Of a stretch of 64,000 nt of DNA, positions 32,035-40,638 are shown piece by piece. The notes below the pieces were generated by a model. It did not search any database. It saw nothing but the letters and a program-made list of their open reading frames with translations, and was not told where the DNA came from. The position numbers were made by a program, and so were the translations under genes. Source of the DNA: an uncultured Verrucomicrobiae bacterium (GTDB taxonomy: Bacteria > Verrucomicrobiota > Verrucomicrobiia > Chthoniobacterales > JAFAMB01); assembly GCA_963837955.1 (NCBI GenBank), contig CAWIPH010000002.1, positions 1,472,001-1,536,000 of the forward strand. Direction: 5' to 3'. Every line of letters starts with the position of its first letter. Positions within the stretch are counted from its first letter, which is position 1.

Positions 32035-32255
32035 TCAACGAATTGCGCGGCGAAGCGACTCCGTCCGCGTTCCATTTGTTGCGACGCTTGCTGCTTTCGA
32101 TTGCCTCACATCACGGATTTGAACGCGCGCCAGATGGGATAGCAAGGCGGTCAGATTACTGAGGCTGGAGCATCAGCCTACTCTGAGGCGAAAATCTGCT
32201 AAATGCAAATGACATTTGCAATATCATTCGAGCCTCAGGCGAGAATGAAGCGCTC

Positions 32256-32298
32256 CCGACGGAGGGGATCTAACCCACACTCTCTTGAGAGGAACCGG
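32256..32298 (-). repeat. Degenerate direct copy of the tRNA-Leu 3' half (att-like)
   Basis: ccgacggaggggatctaacccacactctcttgagaggaaccgg vs 33537-33578. Confidence 0.85.
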
Positions 32299-32644
32299 TT
32301 CGTGTCCGAAGCGAACCTTGGCTGCTGTCAGTTCATTGGAAAAAGAAGAGGCTCATTTCTCACTCTGCAGGTTTATCGTACACGACGACTAGCTCGATTC
32401 CAAAATACTCAATGTCGAGCACCGAAAAGCTTGCCGCCAACATGCAGAGCCAGCCAGGCATGTTGACGACAGAATCTGCTCACTGGAAATAACCTCGAGT
32501 AGCGTAACCTCCTGCCTCGCTGTGTTGAAAACCGGAGAATCGGGCAAATGCCGGAAGTACACCAAATATAAGTCTTAGCCGAACCAATTTTGAAAACTTC
32601 TAAACGAAGAAGTTATAAGCGCTGAACGCCAATCGAAGTCGAGT

Positions 32645-33187
32645 ATGAAAAAGATTCAAATATCGCTGGCTGCAACCTGCCTCGCAGCCTTCGTTGTCGC
32701 TATGCCACGCGTAGCGAGTGCGGCCGATGAACAAGGGCCGGATTCCACGTCAACAGATCGGCTCCTTTTAGCTCAGGCCCAGACCGCAAGACCGAAGAAG
32801 CAGTCGGCGAAATCCAAGGTTAACGTTGATCAAGCCGGAGTCATTCTTCACGGATATGACGCAGTAGCCTATTTCAAACAGAACAACCCCTACAAGGGCA
32901 ACACCGCTTACAAGAGCACTTACCAGGGTGTGACTTATTTGTTCGCGTCGGCGGCGAACAAAGCCGAATTCGACAAGAACCCGGCCAAGTATGCCCCTCA
33001 ATATGGCGGGTACTGCGCGTATAGTTTAGCCGAAGGCAGGCTCGCGGACATCGATCCAAATAACTTTGTGATTTACAAGGGCAAGCTTTACGTTTGCTCG
33101 ACGGCCAAAGCATTGAGGTCCTTCGTGGCACACGAAAAGGAAGACGTCGTCAAGGACAATAGAAATTGGCGACAGATGTTCAGTTAG
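32645..33187 (+). CDS. YHS domain-containing secreted protein
   Basis: Signal peptide; GYDAVAYF, YLFASAANK..F..NP.KYAPQYGGYCAY. Confidence 0.9.
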   Translation: MKKIQISLAATCLAAFVVAMPRVASAADEQGPDSTSTDRLLLAQAQTARPKKQSAKSKVNVDQAGVILHGYDAVAYFKQNNPYKGNTAYKSTYQGVTYLFASAANKAEFDKNPAKYAPQYGGYCAYSLAEGRLADIDPNNFVIYKGKLYVCSTAKALRSFVAHEKEDVVKDNRNWRQMFS

Positions 33188-33219
33188 TGATCCTTTTGAA
33201 CTGAGTAAAGGGTGACTTG

Positions 33220-33248
33220 AAAATGGGGATCCCCAGGATCCCCATTTT
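33220..33248. terminator. Rho-independent terminator (possibly bidirectional)
   Basis: AAAATGGGGATCC-CCA-GGATCCCCATTTT downstream of the YHS gene. Confidence 0.7.
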
Positions 33249-33534
33249 GTACGTGCAGCAGGGAATCGCCCATGAAACGCTATCCTATCTAGACACGATT
33301 GAGCTGGTAAAGTTCACAACTCCAATCTTGCCCCATCCTTTTGGTCGAGTTTCTCTCCGATACTAAATGTGACGTTAGCGGGTTTCGTCTCGAAAAACTC
33401 GGAAAGCGTTGCTTCAGGGAGCCGCGTTAGGGGGACCTCAGGCATTGAGAAAGGCCGAAATCATGACGATTGTTATGAATCTCGCTGCTCAACAGCCGAT
33501 ACATCGACATAAGTAACTGTCCTATAAGGAGTTA

Positions 33535-33618
33535 TGCCGATGGAGGGGATCGAACCCACACTCTCTTGCGAGAACCGGATTTTGAGTCCGGCGCGTCTGC
33601 CAGTTCCGCCACATCGGC
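33535..33618 (-). tRNA. tRNA-Leu(CAA)
   Basis: GCCGATG acceptor stem, TGGC/TGG D-arm, CT-CAA-AA anticodon loop, long variable arm, GGTTCGATCCC T-arm; CCA not encoded. Confidence 0.97.
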
Positions 33619-33739
33619 CGATGAGCAGGGATGAAGTTTTAAACCGTTCCAGCGGAAACGCAAGTGACACTCAAACGGGCCGGACTCAAATCTGCTATCT
33701 GCTATTTGTCATTTGCTATTTCATTCGAGCGAAATATGC

Positions 33740-34180
33740 ATGAGTAAGGGATCCCTAACCGTGGAACAGCTGAACATGCGTATCGCCCAGCGCGTTTGGG
33801 ACGAGGTGTGGAATCGGGGCAATTTCAGTGTGATGGACGAGCTGTTCGATCCGCATTTTGTTCGCCATGATCTCAATCCGAACGAAGGACAGGGGCGGGA
33901 GCAAAACGAGCAATTTATCCGCCGGATACGGGCCGCCTTTCCTGACCTTCGCTTCAGCGTCGATGACGTAATCGCCAGCGGGGATAAAGTCGCCATGCGT
34001 TATCACTTTGAGGGGACACATCTGGGCGATACGCTTGGCTTTCCCCCAACGGGCAAGCAAGTCGTCTACACCGGGATGCTTATCCAGCGCTTTGCCAACG
34101 GAAAGATCGTCGAGCAGTGGACGGAAGCGAACTTGCTGAGTCTCTTTGAGCAGTTGGGCCGGATCGCGACGCGGCGGTAA
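33740..34180 (+). CDS. SnoaL-like ester cyclase
   Basis: EVWNRGN, AFPDLRF.VDD.IASGDKV, GTH.G...GFPPTGK. Confidence 0.9.
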   Translation: MSKGSLTVEQLNMRIAQRVWDEVWNRGNFSVMDELFDPHFVRHDLNPNEGQGREQNEQFIRRIRAAFPDLRFSVDDVIASGDKVAMRYHFEGTHLGDTLGFPPTGKQVVYTGMLIQRFANGKIVEQWTEANLLSLFEQLGRIATRR

Positions 34181-34323
34181 TTCCCATTCCATCCGTTCCC
34201 TTCGAACTAACCCAGACGCGCGAATCAAGCTCCGGGCTTTTTTCACTCCAGAAACACTGAGTCTGCCAAAAGCAATCGGTACGATCTAGAAGAGCGCAGA
34301 AGCCTAAGAAGTGCGTCTCAACC

Positions 34324-34341
34324 CGAACCCCTCCATCGGCA
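34324..34341 (+). repeat. Inverted copy of the tRNA-Leu 3' terminus
   Basis: CGAACCCCTCCATCGGCA, 17/18 identical to tRNA CGATCCCCTCCATCGGCA. Confidence 0.75.
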
Positions 34342-34657
34342 CGTCGATCGAGTCAGCGGAGTGATGCTGACCGCTGCTAACCTACTGCCAAAAGAGAACG
34401 AACTGGTCAGACGAGAGATTCAGTAAATTAGGGATGCTCTCGACGTGTTCAAGGCCGCCGTTGAAGCCGGCGAAATGACCGGATTCAAAGACGGCGGGAT
34501 TCGGGCACATGGAGTCGTAGTAAGCGGAGGTCGGCATCAACGACAACGCCTCCGACTGGCTTTCATCGACGGACTTCTGTCTGGTTTCACGACCCAAGAG
34601 TGCATAACCTTCCAACGGATCTTTCCGCCATGGAGGGAATTAAAAATAAACCCTCAT

Positions 34658-35350
34658 ATGAAAACTCTCTTCTACGCTTTACTAGCGATCGCATTCTTTT
34701 CTGCCGACTCGTTCGGTCAGACCGTCATTAACTCGGTGCCGTACGACATTTCTGCTCCCGGCACCTACATTCTTGGTTCAGACCTCACCTACACAACCAG
34801 CCCGTCCGGCGCAGCGATCCGGATCCATAGCAGTCATGTTACTCTGGATCTCGGAGGTCATTCTATCATCCACGCTGGCAAGCGCGCGACCACCTGCGTC
34901 GACGTGCACAATGCTGGAAATGTCACTATCCAGAACGGAAGCATCCTCGATTTCTATTTCGCAGTCTCTTTCGACCGTGAGGAAGCGACGCTCAACTCGG
35001 GCAATATTTTACAAAACCTAAGACTGACCAATGCCACCTGGGGTGTCACTCTCTACGGCATCACCGGATCCATCGTGCGAAATAATCAAATGACAACTTT
35101 TACGGAAAAGCAGGGGATTGCAATCGATAGCATGTTTGGCGGTGGCGGAAACCTGGTCAGCGGGAATGTCATCTCCGGATTCGGCACCGGCGTTCGTTCA
35201 GACGGCAATAGTTATTTCCTCGAAAACATGGTTAGCAATTGCATAAACGGTTTTACGCTGTTTAGCAGCGACAAATACCGGTTTAACACCACGTTCAATT
35301 GCACGACGCCGTTTATTGGCGGTACCGCCTTGACCGACGAAAATAACTGA
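34658..35350 (+). CDS. Secreted right-handed parallel beta-helix protein
   Basis: Signal peptide MKTLFY; I.APGTYIL.SDL, VTLDLGGH, NVTIQNGSI, repeated N.V..N. Confidence 0.8.
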   Translation: MKTLFYALLAIAFFSADSFGQTVINSVPYDISAPGTYILGSDLTYTTSPSGAAIRIHSSHVTLDLGGHSIIHAGKRATTCVDVHNAGNVTIQNGSILDFYFAVSFDREEATLNSGNILQNLRLTNATWGVTLYGITGSIVRNNQMTTFTEKQGIAIDSMFGGGGNLVSGNVISGFGTGVRSDGNSYFLENMVSNCINGFTLFSSDKYRFNTTFNCTTPFIGGTALTDENN

Positions 35351-35355
35351 AAGTG

Positions 35356-35823
35356 CTATAGAGCCCGGCCACCGCGCGCTGCTCCAGCTCTTTGTCCCGT
35401 TCGGCCAACAACCTCCTCAAACTTGACAAGCAACTCTGCCGCTCGATCTACGGCTGACTCTGTCCCGAAAGCGTTGAACCTTGGCTCACAACTATCGACC
35501 ACCCGAATGAGGGGCGAGAGCTGAAGCAACGAGTTCAGTAGCTGTGGATGAAGGTCCTGGGGGCAACCTCGATCGTTTCGCAAAATGCGCTCTTTGATGA
35601 TCTTGCAGCGCCTCTGCATTTCCTGGTGGGTTAGCCCTCGCAGCTCCTTGGCTGCCTCTCCAGTGACGGCCGCAAGCTCCCTTGCTGTTTCGGTAAGGTT
35701 AGCCTCACGGTTCTCGATTCGGCTCTTGTAGAAGCCCTGTAGGTTCTGCGCACGAGTAATTCGCTCTGCTGCCTGGTCCTCGCTCAGCTTTCCCTCGTCA
35801 TCGGCAGCAGAATCTGCTATCTG
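35356..35823 (-). pseudogene. Apparently 5'-truncated helical/coiled-coil gene fragment
   Basis: Frame is open for 68 codons upstream of the first ATG (35619) with protein-like sequence, and begins abruptly at the heptamer repeat behind queG. Confidence 0.5.
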
Positions 35824-35853
35824 CTATTTGTCATTTGCTATTTCATTCGAGCC

Positions 35854-36870
35854 TCAGGCGAGAATGAAGCGGCTCTCGATCTCGGTTACTGCCCATTGCG
35901 CATGTTCGGCGATGAGTTCGTCGGCATGTTGCGCGAGTGACCGTAGGATGGCCAGATCTTCGCTTGTGCCGGCGTTGCCGAGAGCTACGCAAACATTGCG
36001 AATAAAGCGATTATGCTTGATCCGTTTGATAGGCGAGCCGCGGAATAGCGTGCGGAATTCTTCCTCGGTCAGGGCGGCCAGATCCCGGAGTGCCATCTGC
36101 TGTAGGGATAGCGGCATTTGGAAGCGCGTTTCGGAACTAGCTTGGGCAAACCGATTCCAAGGACAGGCTTCCAGGCAATCGTCACATCCGTAAATCCGGT
36201 CTCCGATCAACCGGCGAAACTCGAGCGGGATAGCTCCTTTGTTTTCAATCGTGAGATAGGAAATGCAACGGCGCGCATCCAACTGGTATGGGGCGGTAAT
36301 AGCTTGGGTCGGACAAGCTGCGATGCATCGTGTGCACGATCCACAACGATTCTTGGCGGATGCATCCGGTTCAAAGGCGAGGGTTGTAAGAATCGTTCCC
36401 AAAAAGAACCAAGTACCCAGGCGCTCGTTCAGGCACATCGTGCTCTTTCCCTGCCATCCGACTCCGGCGGTCGCCGCAAAATCTCTTTCTAACACCGGCC
36501 CCGTGTCTACGTAACATTTCTGGGTTCCGCCTTGCTCCTCAAGGAACCTGGCAATCGGTCGCATTTGGTCCAAAAGAATGTCGTGATAGTCGCTTCCGAA
36601 AGCGTACCGTGCGAACCGGCCGGGTTGTTGGCGAACCTCGGATCCCTGATAATAGTTACGCGCCAGCACAATGATCGATTGGCACCGGGGGAGCACGATG
36701 CTCGGATCGGTTCGGCGTTCCGGAGAGCGAGCCAGCCAATCCATATCGGCGTTCAGTCCCTGCTCAAGCCAGTCAAGGTAGTCGGCCCGGTGCTCGGCAA
36801 CTTGCGCACTGGCAAAACGGCAAGCATCGAAGCCACATTCGTACGCGAGTTGTACAACACTCTCTTTCAT
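35854..36870 (-). CDS. queG: tRNA epoxyqueuosine(34) reductase
   Basis: YVDTGPVLER, CGSCTRCIAACPT, RCISYLTIE, GCDDCLEACPWN. Confidence 0.97.
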   Translation of the reverse strand: MKESVVQLAYECGFDACRFASAQVAEHRADYLDWLEQGLNADMDWLARSPERRTDPSIVLPRCQSIIVLARNYYQGSEVRQQPGRFARYAFGSDYHDILLDQMRPIARFLEEQGGTQKCYVDTGPVLERDFAATAGVGWQGKSTMCLNERLGTWFFLGTILTTLAFEPDASAKNRCGSCTRCIAACPTQAITAPYQLDARRCISYLTIENKGAIPLEFRRLIGDRIYGCDDCLEACPWNRFAQASSETRFQMPLSLQQMALRDLAALTEEEFRTLFRGSPIKRIKHNRFIRNVCVALGNAGTSEDLAILRSLAQHADELIAEHAQWAVTEIESRFILA

Positions 36871-36873
36871 GGT

Positions 36874-37407
36874 TCACCCGGGAAGAGTCTTGAGACCGGC
36901 GATTACCCGTTCGGCGACCTCGTGATGGGATAGACCCGATGAATCTACTACTAGATCGGCAGCGGATTGGTAGAGCGGCGCCCGTTCCGTTAATAGCCGG
37001 GAGATTGTCTCTTCGGGATCAGCAGTTTGCAGAAGTGGGCGATTCTTGTTCCGGCTAACACGTTCTAGAATCGTGGTTTGATCAGCCTTTAACCAAATTG
37101 TTGTGCCTAGCTTCTTCAGCAGAGAGACGTTTCTGGGTTGGATTACAATTCCTCCGCCGGTGGCGATCACAGAACGATAGCATTGGAGCAATTTCGTTAA
37201 GGTAGCAAACTCCTGATCCCGGAAAAATGGTTCACCAAAAACTGTAAAAATTTCCGAAATCGATTTCCCGTATTGGTTACGAATAATCGAATCAGTATCG
37301 AGAAAACGGAACTGCCACCGCCTGGCCAATTCTCGACCAACGGAAGACTTTCCCGTTCCCATAAATCCGATCAAAACAACGTTTCGATCGGGGTGAACAA
37401 AATCCAT
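36874..37407 (-). CDS. aroK: Shikimate kinase
   Basis: GFMGTGKS, DTD, GEPFFR, ATGGG, RPLL. Confidence 0.96.
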   Translation of the reverse strand: MDFVHPDRNVVLIGFMGTGKSSVGRELARRWQFRFLDTDSIIRNQYGKSISEIFTVFGEPFFRDQEFATLTKLLQCYRSVIATGGGIVIQPRNVSLLKKLGTTIWLKADQTTILERVSRNKNRPLLQTADPEETISRLLTERAPLYQSAADLVVDSSGLSHHEVAERVIAGLKTLPG

Positions 37408-37452
37408 AGGCCAGCATCGTCCAGGACGACCCTGGGGGGCAAATCTGAATTA

Positions 37453-37665
37453 CTAAGCGGGTATTAGGCGAACGACGTTTCGCGCCTTAGCTCCTTTTTC
37501 GTCCTGGTAAAGTTCGTATTCGACGGTTTCTCCTTCATTCAACGTCTTGAATCCGTCGGCTTGAATGACGGAGAAGTGAACGAAGATATCGGTTGCAACT
37601 TCTGGGTCGACAATGAACCCAAATCCCTTTTTCTCGTTAAACCATTTAACTGTACCTTTAGCCAT
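37453..37665 (-). CDS. Cold-shock protein
   Basis: [22 protein letters not shown]. Confidence 0.95.
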   Translation of the reverse strand: MAKGTVKWFNEKKGFGFIVDPEVATDIFVHFSVIQADGFKTLNEGETVEYELYQDEKGAKARNVVRLIPA

Positions 37666-37841
37666 ACACACAACAGATAGAATGGCCGTTGCGCCAGGGA
37701 CTTAGCCCCTTTGCAAACGGTTTCCTTCAGGAGGGGCACGAGCATATCGGGCTACTTCGGAAATCGTCAAGCAGATTGCAACATACTAACGGTCAGGTGG
37801 ATACGTCTTGCCTTCTCGCTAGCATGGAGCTTTCATCTTTT

Positions 37842-38348
37842 ATGGTTTCTGGAGCCCAGGTAGCCGTCGTTATGGGTAGTAAATCCGATTGGGAGACGAT
37901 GCGTCATGCGGTCGAGCGCCTCCAAGAGTTCAAGGTTCCCGTAATCAAAAAGATCGTTTCGGCTCACCGTACTCCTGACTTGTTAGCCTCCTTTGCCAAG
38001 GAAGCGGAGGCGACCGGTATCCGGGTAATTATTGCCGGAGCAGGCGGAGCGGCTCACCTTCCGGGAATGCTCGCGGCAAATACTATTCTTCCGGTATTGG
38101 GTGTTCCGGTTAAAAGCCAGGCACTGAACGGCCTCGATTCGTTGCTCTCGATTGTCCAAATGCCGGCAGGCGTTCCAGTGTTAACTTTAGCAATCGGTGA
38201 AGCCGGAGCCAAAAATGCGGCGCTCGCCGCGATCGCGATTCTTGCCCTAACCGATCTCGAATTGAAAAAGCGTCTACAGAAATTTCGCGCAGATCAAACC
38301 GTTGATGTCTTGGCCACTCTGTTCCCAGATGAACCGAGCGATCGATGA
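37842..38348 (+). CDS. purE: N5-CAIR mutase
   Basis: [34 protein letters not shown]. Confidence 0.96.
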   Translation: MVSGAQVAVVMGSKSDWETMRHAVERLQEFKVPVIKKIVSAHRTPDLLASFAKEAEATGIRVIIAGAGGAAHLPGMLAANTILPVLGVPVKSQALNGLDSLLSIVQMPAGVPVLTLAIGEAGAKNAALAAIAILALTDLELKKRLQKFRADQTVDVLATLFPDEPSDR

Positions 38349-39326
38349 GAGCCGAAATCGTTGCCGCCAATGACCCAGACGCAGTTCACCGGGCCAGCGA
38401 ATGGATTCGTCGGGGAGAACCGATAGCGATTCCAACGGAAACGGTTTACGGCCTGGCTGCTGACGCGCTGAATCCTACCGCGGTCGCCAAGATTTTTGCC
38501 ATTAAAGAGCGCCCTTTTTTCGATCCGCTCATCATCCATTTTGCAGATCCAAAATGGATGGCAGAATTGGCCTCTCCGAATCGGGCAGACCGCCATTTGA
38601 TCGAAATATTGATCGAAAAATTTTGGCCGGGCCCGCTGACTCTCTTGTTACCCAAAAATGAGCGAGTTTTGGATCTCGTGACCGCCGAGCTTCCGACTGT
38701 CGCTTTGCGCATGCCTTCCCATCCGATTTTTCGGGCAATCATGCGGGCGAGCGACCGGCCGCTCGCAGCTCCCAGTGCGAACCTTTTCGGGCGCGTCAGC
38801 CCATCGCGAGCGGAGCATGTATTCGAAGAGCTCGGTTCGCGCATCCCGCTGATTGTTGATGCCGGGCCGACGGCCTTTGGGATCGAATCGACAATCGTCC
38901 AACCAGTAGATGGACGTATCGCAATCCTTCGTCCCGGTCCGATTACCGAAGAAGCGTTAGCCGAAATTGCCCCTATAACGGAGGAGTCGGCTGCGCCCAA
39001 AAACATCGCGGCGCCAGGACAAACACCGAGCCACTATGCACCCAATAAGCCGGTGATACTTGCTGATGCCCGGGATCCAGGTCGAGCGCCCGGAGAATTC
39101 CGGGCTAATCTGCTGGGGAAAAAACCAACGACAACAACCTTTTACAGTCGTGCAATCGCTTAGCGAGGAACGCGATCTTGTCGAGGCGGCAGCCCGGCTC
39201 TTTTCGTTGCTGCGAGAATTTGATCGGTTGCCTATCGAAATAATCTATGTTGAGCCTGTGCCAGAGATCGGTGTTGGCAAGGCAATCATGAACCGATTGC
39301 GACGCGCGGCTCACCGGGACACATGA
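38345..39326 (+). CDS. sua5: Threonylcarbamoyl-AMP synthase Sua5/TsaC2, with a frameshift near 39060 separating the SUA5 domain
   Basis: [35 protein letters not shown]; second frame [14 protein letters not shown]...[10 protein letters not shown]. Confidence 0.9.
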
Positions 39327-39328
39327 CC

Positions 39329-39375
39329 GGTAGGGCGAAAGCCTAATCTGGCAGGCGCCAGATTGGCTTGAGCCG
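39329..39375 (+). repeat. GTAG-type REP-like element
   Basis: GGTAGGGCGAAA GCCTAATCTGGC..GCCAGATTGGC TTGAGCCG. Confidence 0.75.
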
Positions 39376-39410
39376 TTGCTCGTGTTACCCAAAAATTAAA
39401 CTCACGCAAA

Positions 39411-39548
39411 GCCGGGAACGCCGGGAACGCCGGGAACGCCGGGAACGCCGGGAACGCCGGGAACGCCGGGAACGCCGGGAACGCCGGGAACGCCGGGAAC
39501 GCCGGGAACGCCGGGAACGCCGGGAACGCCGGGAACGCCGGGAACGCC
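39411..39548 (+). repeat. Tandem repeat (GCCGGGAAC)x15
   Basis: 15 perfect 9-mers plus GCC; degenerate inverted array at 39651-39690, degenerate array at 63747-63841. Confidence 0.97.
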
Positions 39549-39842
39549 AAACGGCGAGAGGTAACTGGCGACAAATTTAGCAAGCAAATTCGGCTTGTTT
39601 GCCGAAGGAAGGAAAAACCAAGAGAAAGCGTGGTAGCGCTACGAATTCGTTCCCGGCGATGACGGCGATGACGGCGTTCCCGGCGTTCCCCGTTTGCGTG
39701 AGTTTTTCTCTTTTTCTGCAATCGACCAAAGTCCGCGCATCTATCCAATTGAGCAGGAGAGAGAATATTGCGGGGGGGAAACTCGATCCTGTCGACAATA
39801 GATAAAAGGGGGCCCTAGCCGGCCAATTCAGGAGACCATAGG

Positions 39843-39886
39843 CGCGCCGCGGACCACCCAATAGGTCCGCGGCGTGTTTCTTTTTC
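39843..39886 (+). terminator. Terminator-like hairpin with no adjacent upstream CDS
   Basis: CGCGCCGCGGACC...GGTCCGCGGCGTG followed by TTTCTTTTT. Confidence 0.6.
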
Positions 39887-39974
39887 TAGCGTCGCATTTC
39901 ACGACGGATGCGCGCACGGAAGAAACGTTCGGGACGCCATGCACGTCAGCATGGGGAAGCTCAGGTCTAGTGGC

Positions 39975-40027
39975 GGGGAGGGATCGCGTCCTCGCGATCC
40001 GCGGCGCACGAGGACGTGCGCCCTCCC
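39975..40027. repeat. GGAG-type REP doublet
   Basis: GGGGAGGGATCGCGTCCTCGCGATCC-GC-GGCGCACGAGGACGTGCGCCCTCCC; near-identical at 52021. Confidence 0.85.
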
Positions 40028-40139
40028 TGCCCGGGGTTTTAACCCCTGAAACACGTCTCCCTCGCTTCGGGAACTGATCCAGAGCTTCCTCCTGTTGGAG
40101 CGCACGGGCAGCCGCCCTATCGGCTCAGTTTTTTTTCTC

Positions 40140-40317
40140 GCCCGGCATTCGTTTTTCTGCAAGTGGCCGGCGGTTCGGCGTCTGAACCGTGTACGGTAAA
40201 GTTTCGCCTCGTTCCGGACGCACGAGACGAAAAGAACCGGGCAGAACAGATTTCCCATACAAGCAGAGCAGCCCGCGCCGTGGTTTCGTCTCGGAACCGC
40301 GGCGCGGTGCTTCTTTC
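40140..40317 (+). ncRNA. Candidate structured cis-regulatory RNA (multi-stem domain plus terminator-like hairpin)
   Basis: Stems 40140-45/40237-42, 40171-76/40184-89, 40202-12/40222-32; hairpin 40273-40307; alternative pairing 40223-32 with 40284-93. Confidence 0.35.
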
Positions 40318-40607
40318 GTCGAGGGTCTTTTGTTCGAGACACAGACGGAAAACGGTGATCAGCTAACAGAGGGCCGTTGAACGTGTTCCGCTTTCGACAG
40401 CCTGGCCAATTCAGGTAGCTGTCGTCGATGGGCTTGCTCAGTATCGTGGTACAGAACTGCCCTTAGCCCGCAGCGAATGATAGCTGCCATTCCGTAGACA
40501 GCGAATTTAAAAAAATGTTTGATCACCCAGCACAGATTTCCAATTCAGATCATTTGGCTGGCTTGTCGTGTCAGGGCGAATCCATCCCGTACGTCAGCCA
40601 CACCCGC

Positions 40608-40623
40608 TGGCACATATATTGCT
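40608..40623 (+). promoter_or_regulatory. Sigma54 (-24/-12) promoter
   Basis: TGGCAC-ATATA-TTGCT, exact consensus spacing, 15 nt before ATG 40639. Confidence 0.8.
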
Positions 40624-40638
40624 CGGAGCTGTTCCCCC

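Noticed and set aside
32194..32254. DGR-like adenine-biased divergence between the duplicated segments
   Set aside because: Non-coding, includes indels and non-A changes, and there is no reverse transcriptase in the window.
39411..39548. Possible CRISPR array
   Set aside because: Contiguous 9-mers with no spacers, and no cas genes in the window.
39311..39748. ORFs encoding (PAF)n, (RRE)n and (VPG)n
   Set aside because: They are translations of the 9-bp tandem repeat, which is open in several frames and recurs intergenically at 63750.
40190..40232. c-di-GMP-I riboswitch (GGTAAA...GGACGCA) or hammerhead (GAAAC on the minus strand)
   Set aside because: Lacks the GNRA-capped stem and downstream receptor; no CUGANGA core.
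40519..40638. Long N-terminal extensions in the ORF track (also sbp, purE, metal SBP, beta-helix and GloVer genes)
   Set aside because: Signal peptides, conserved N-termini or promoter position indicate downstream starts.
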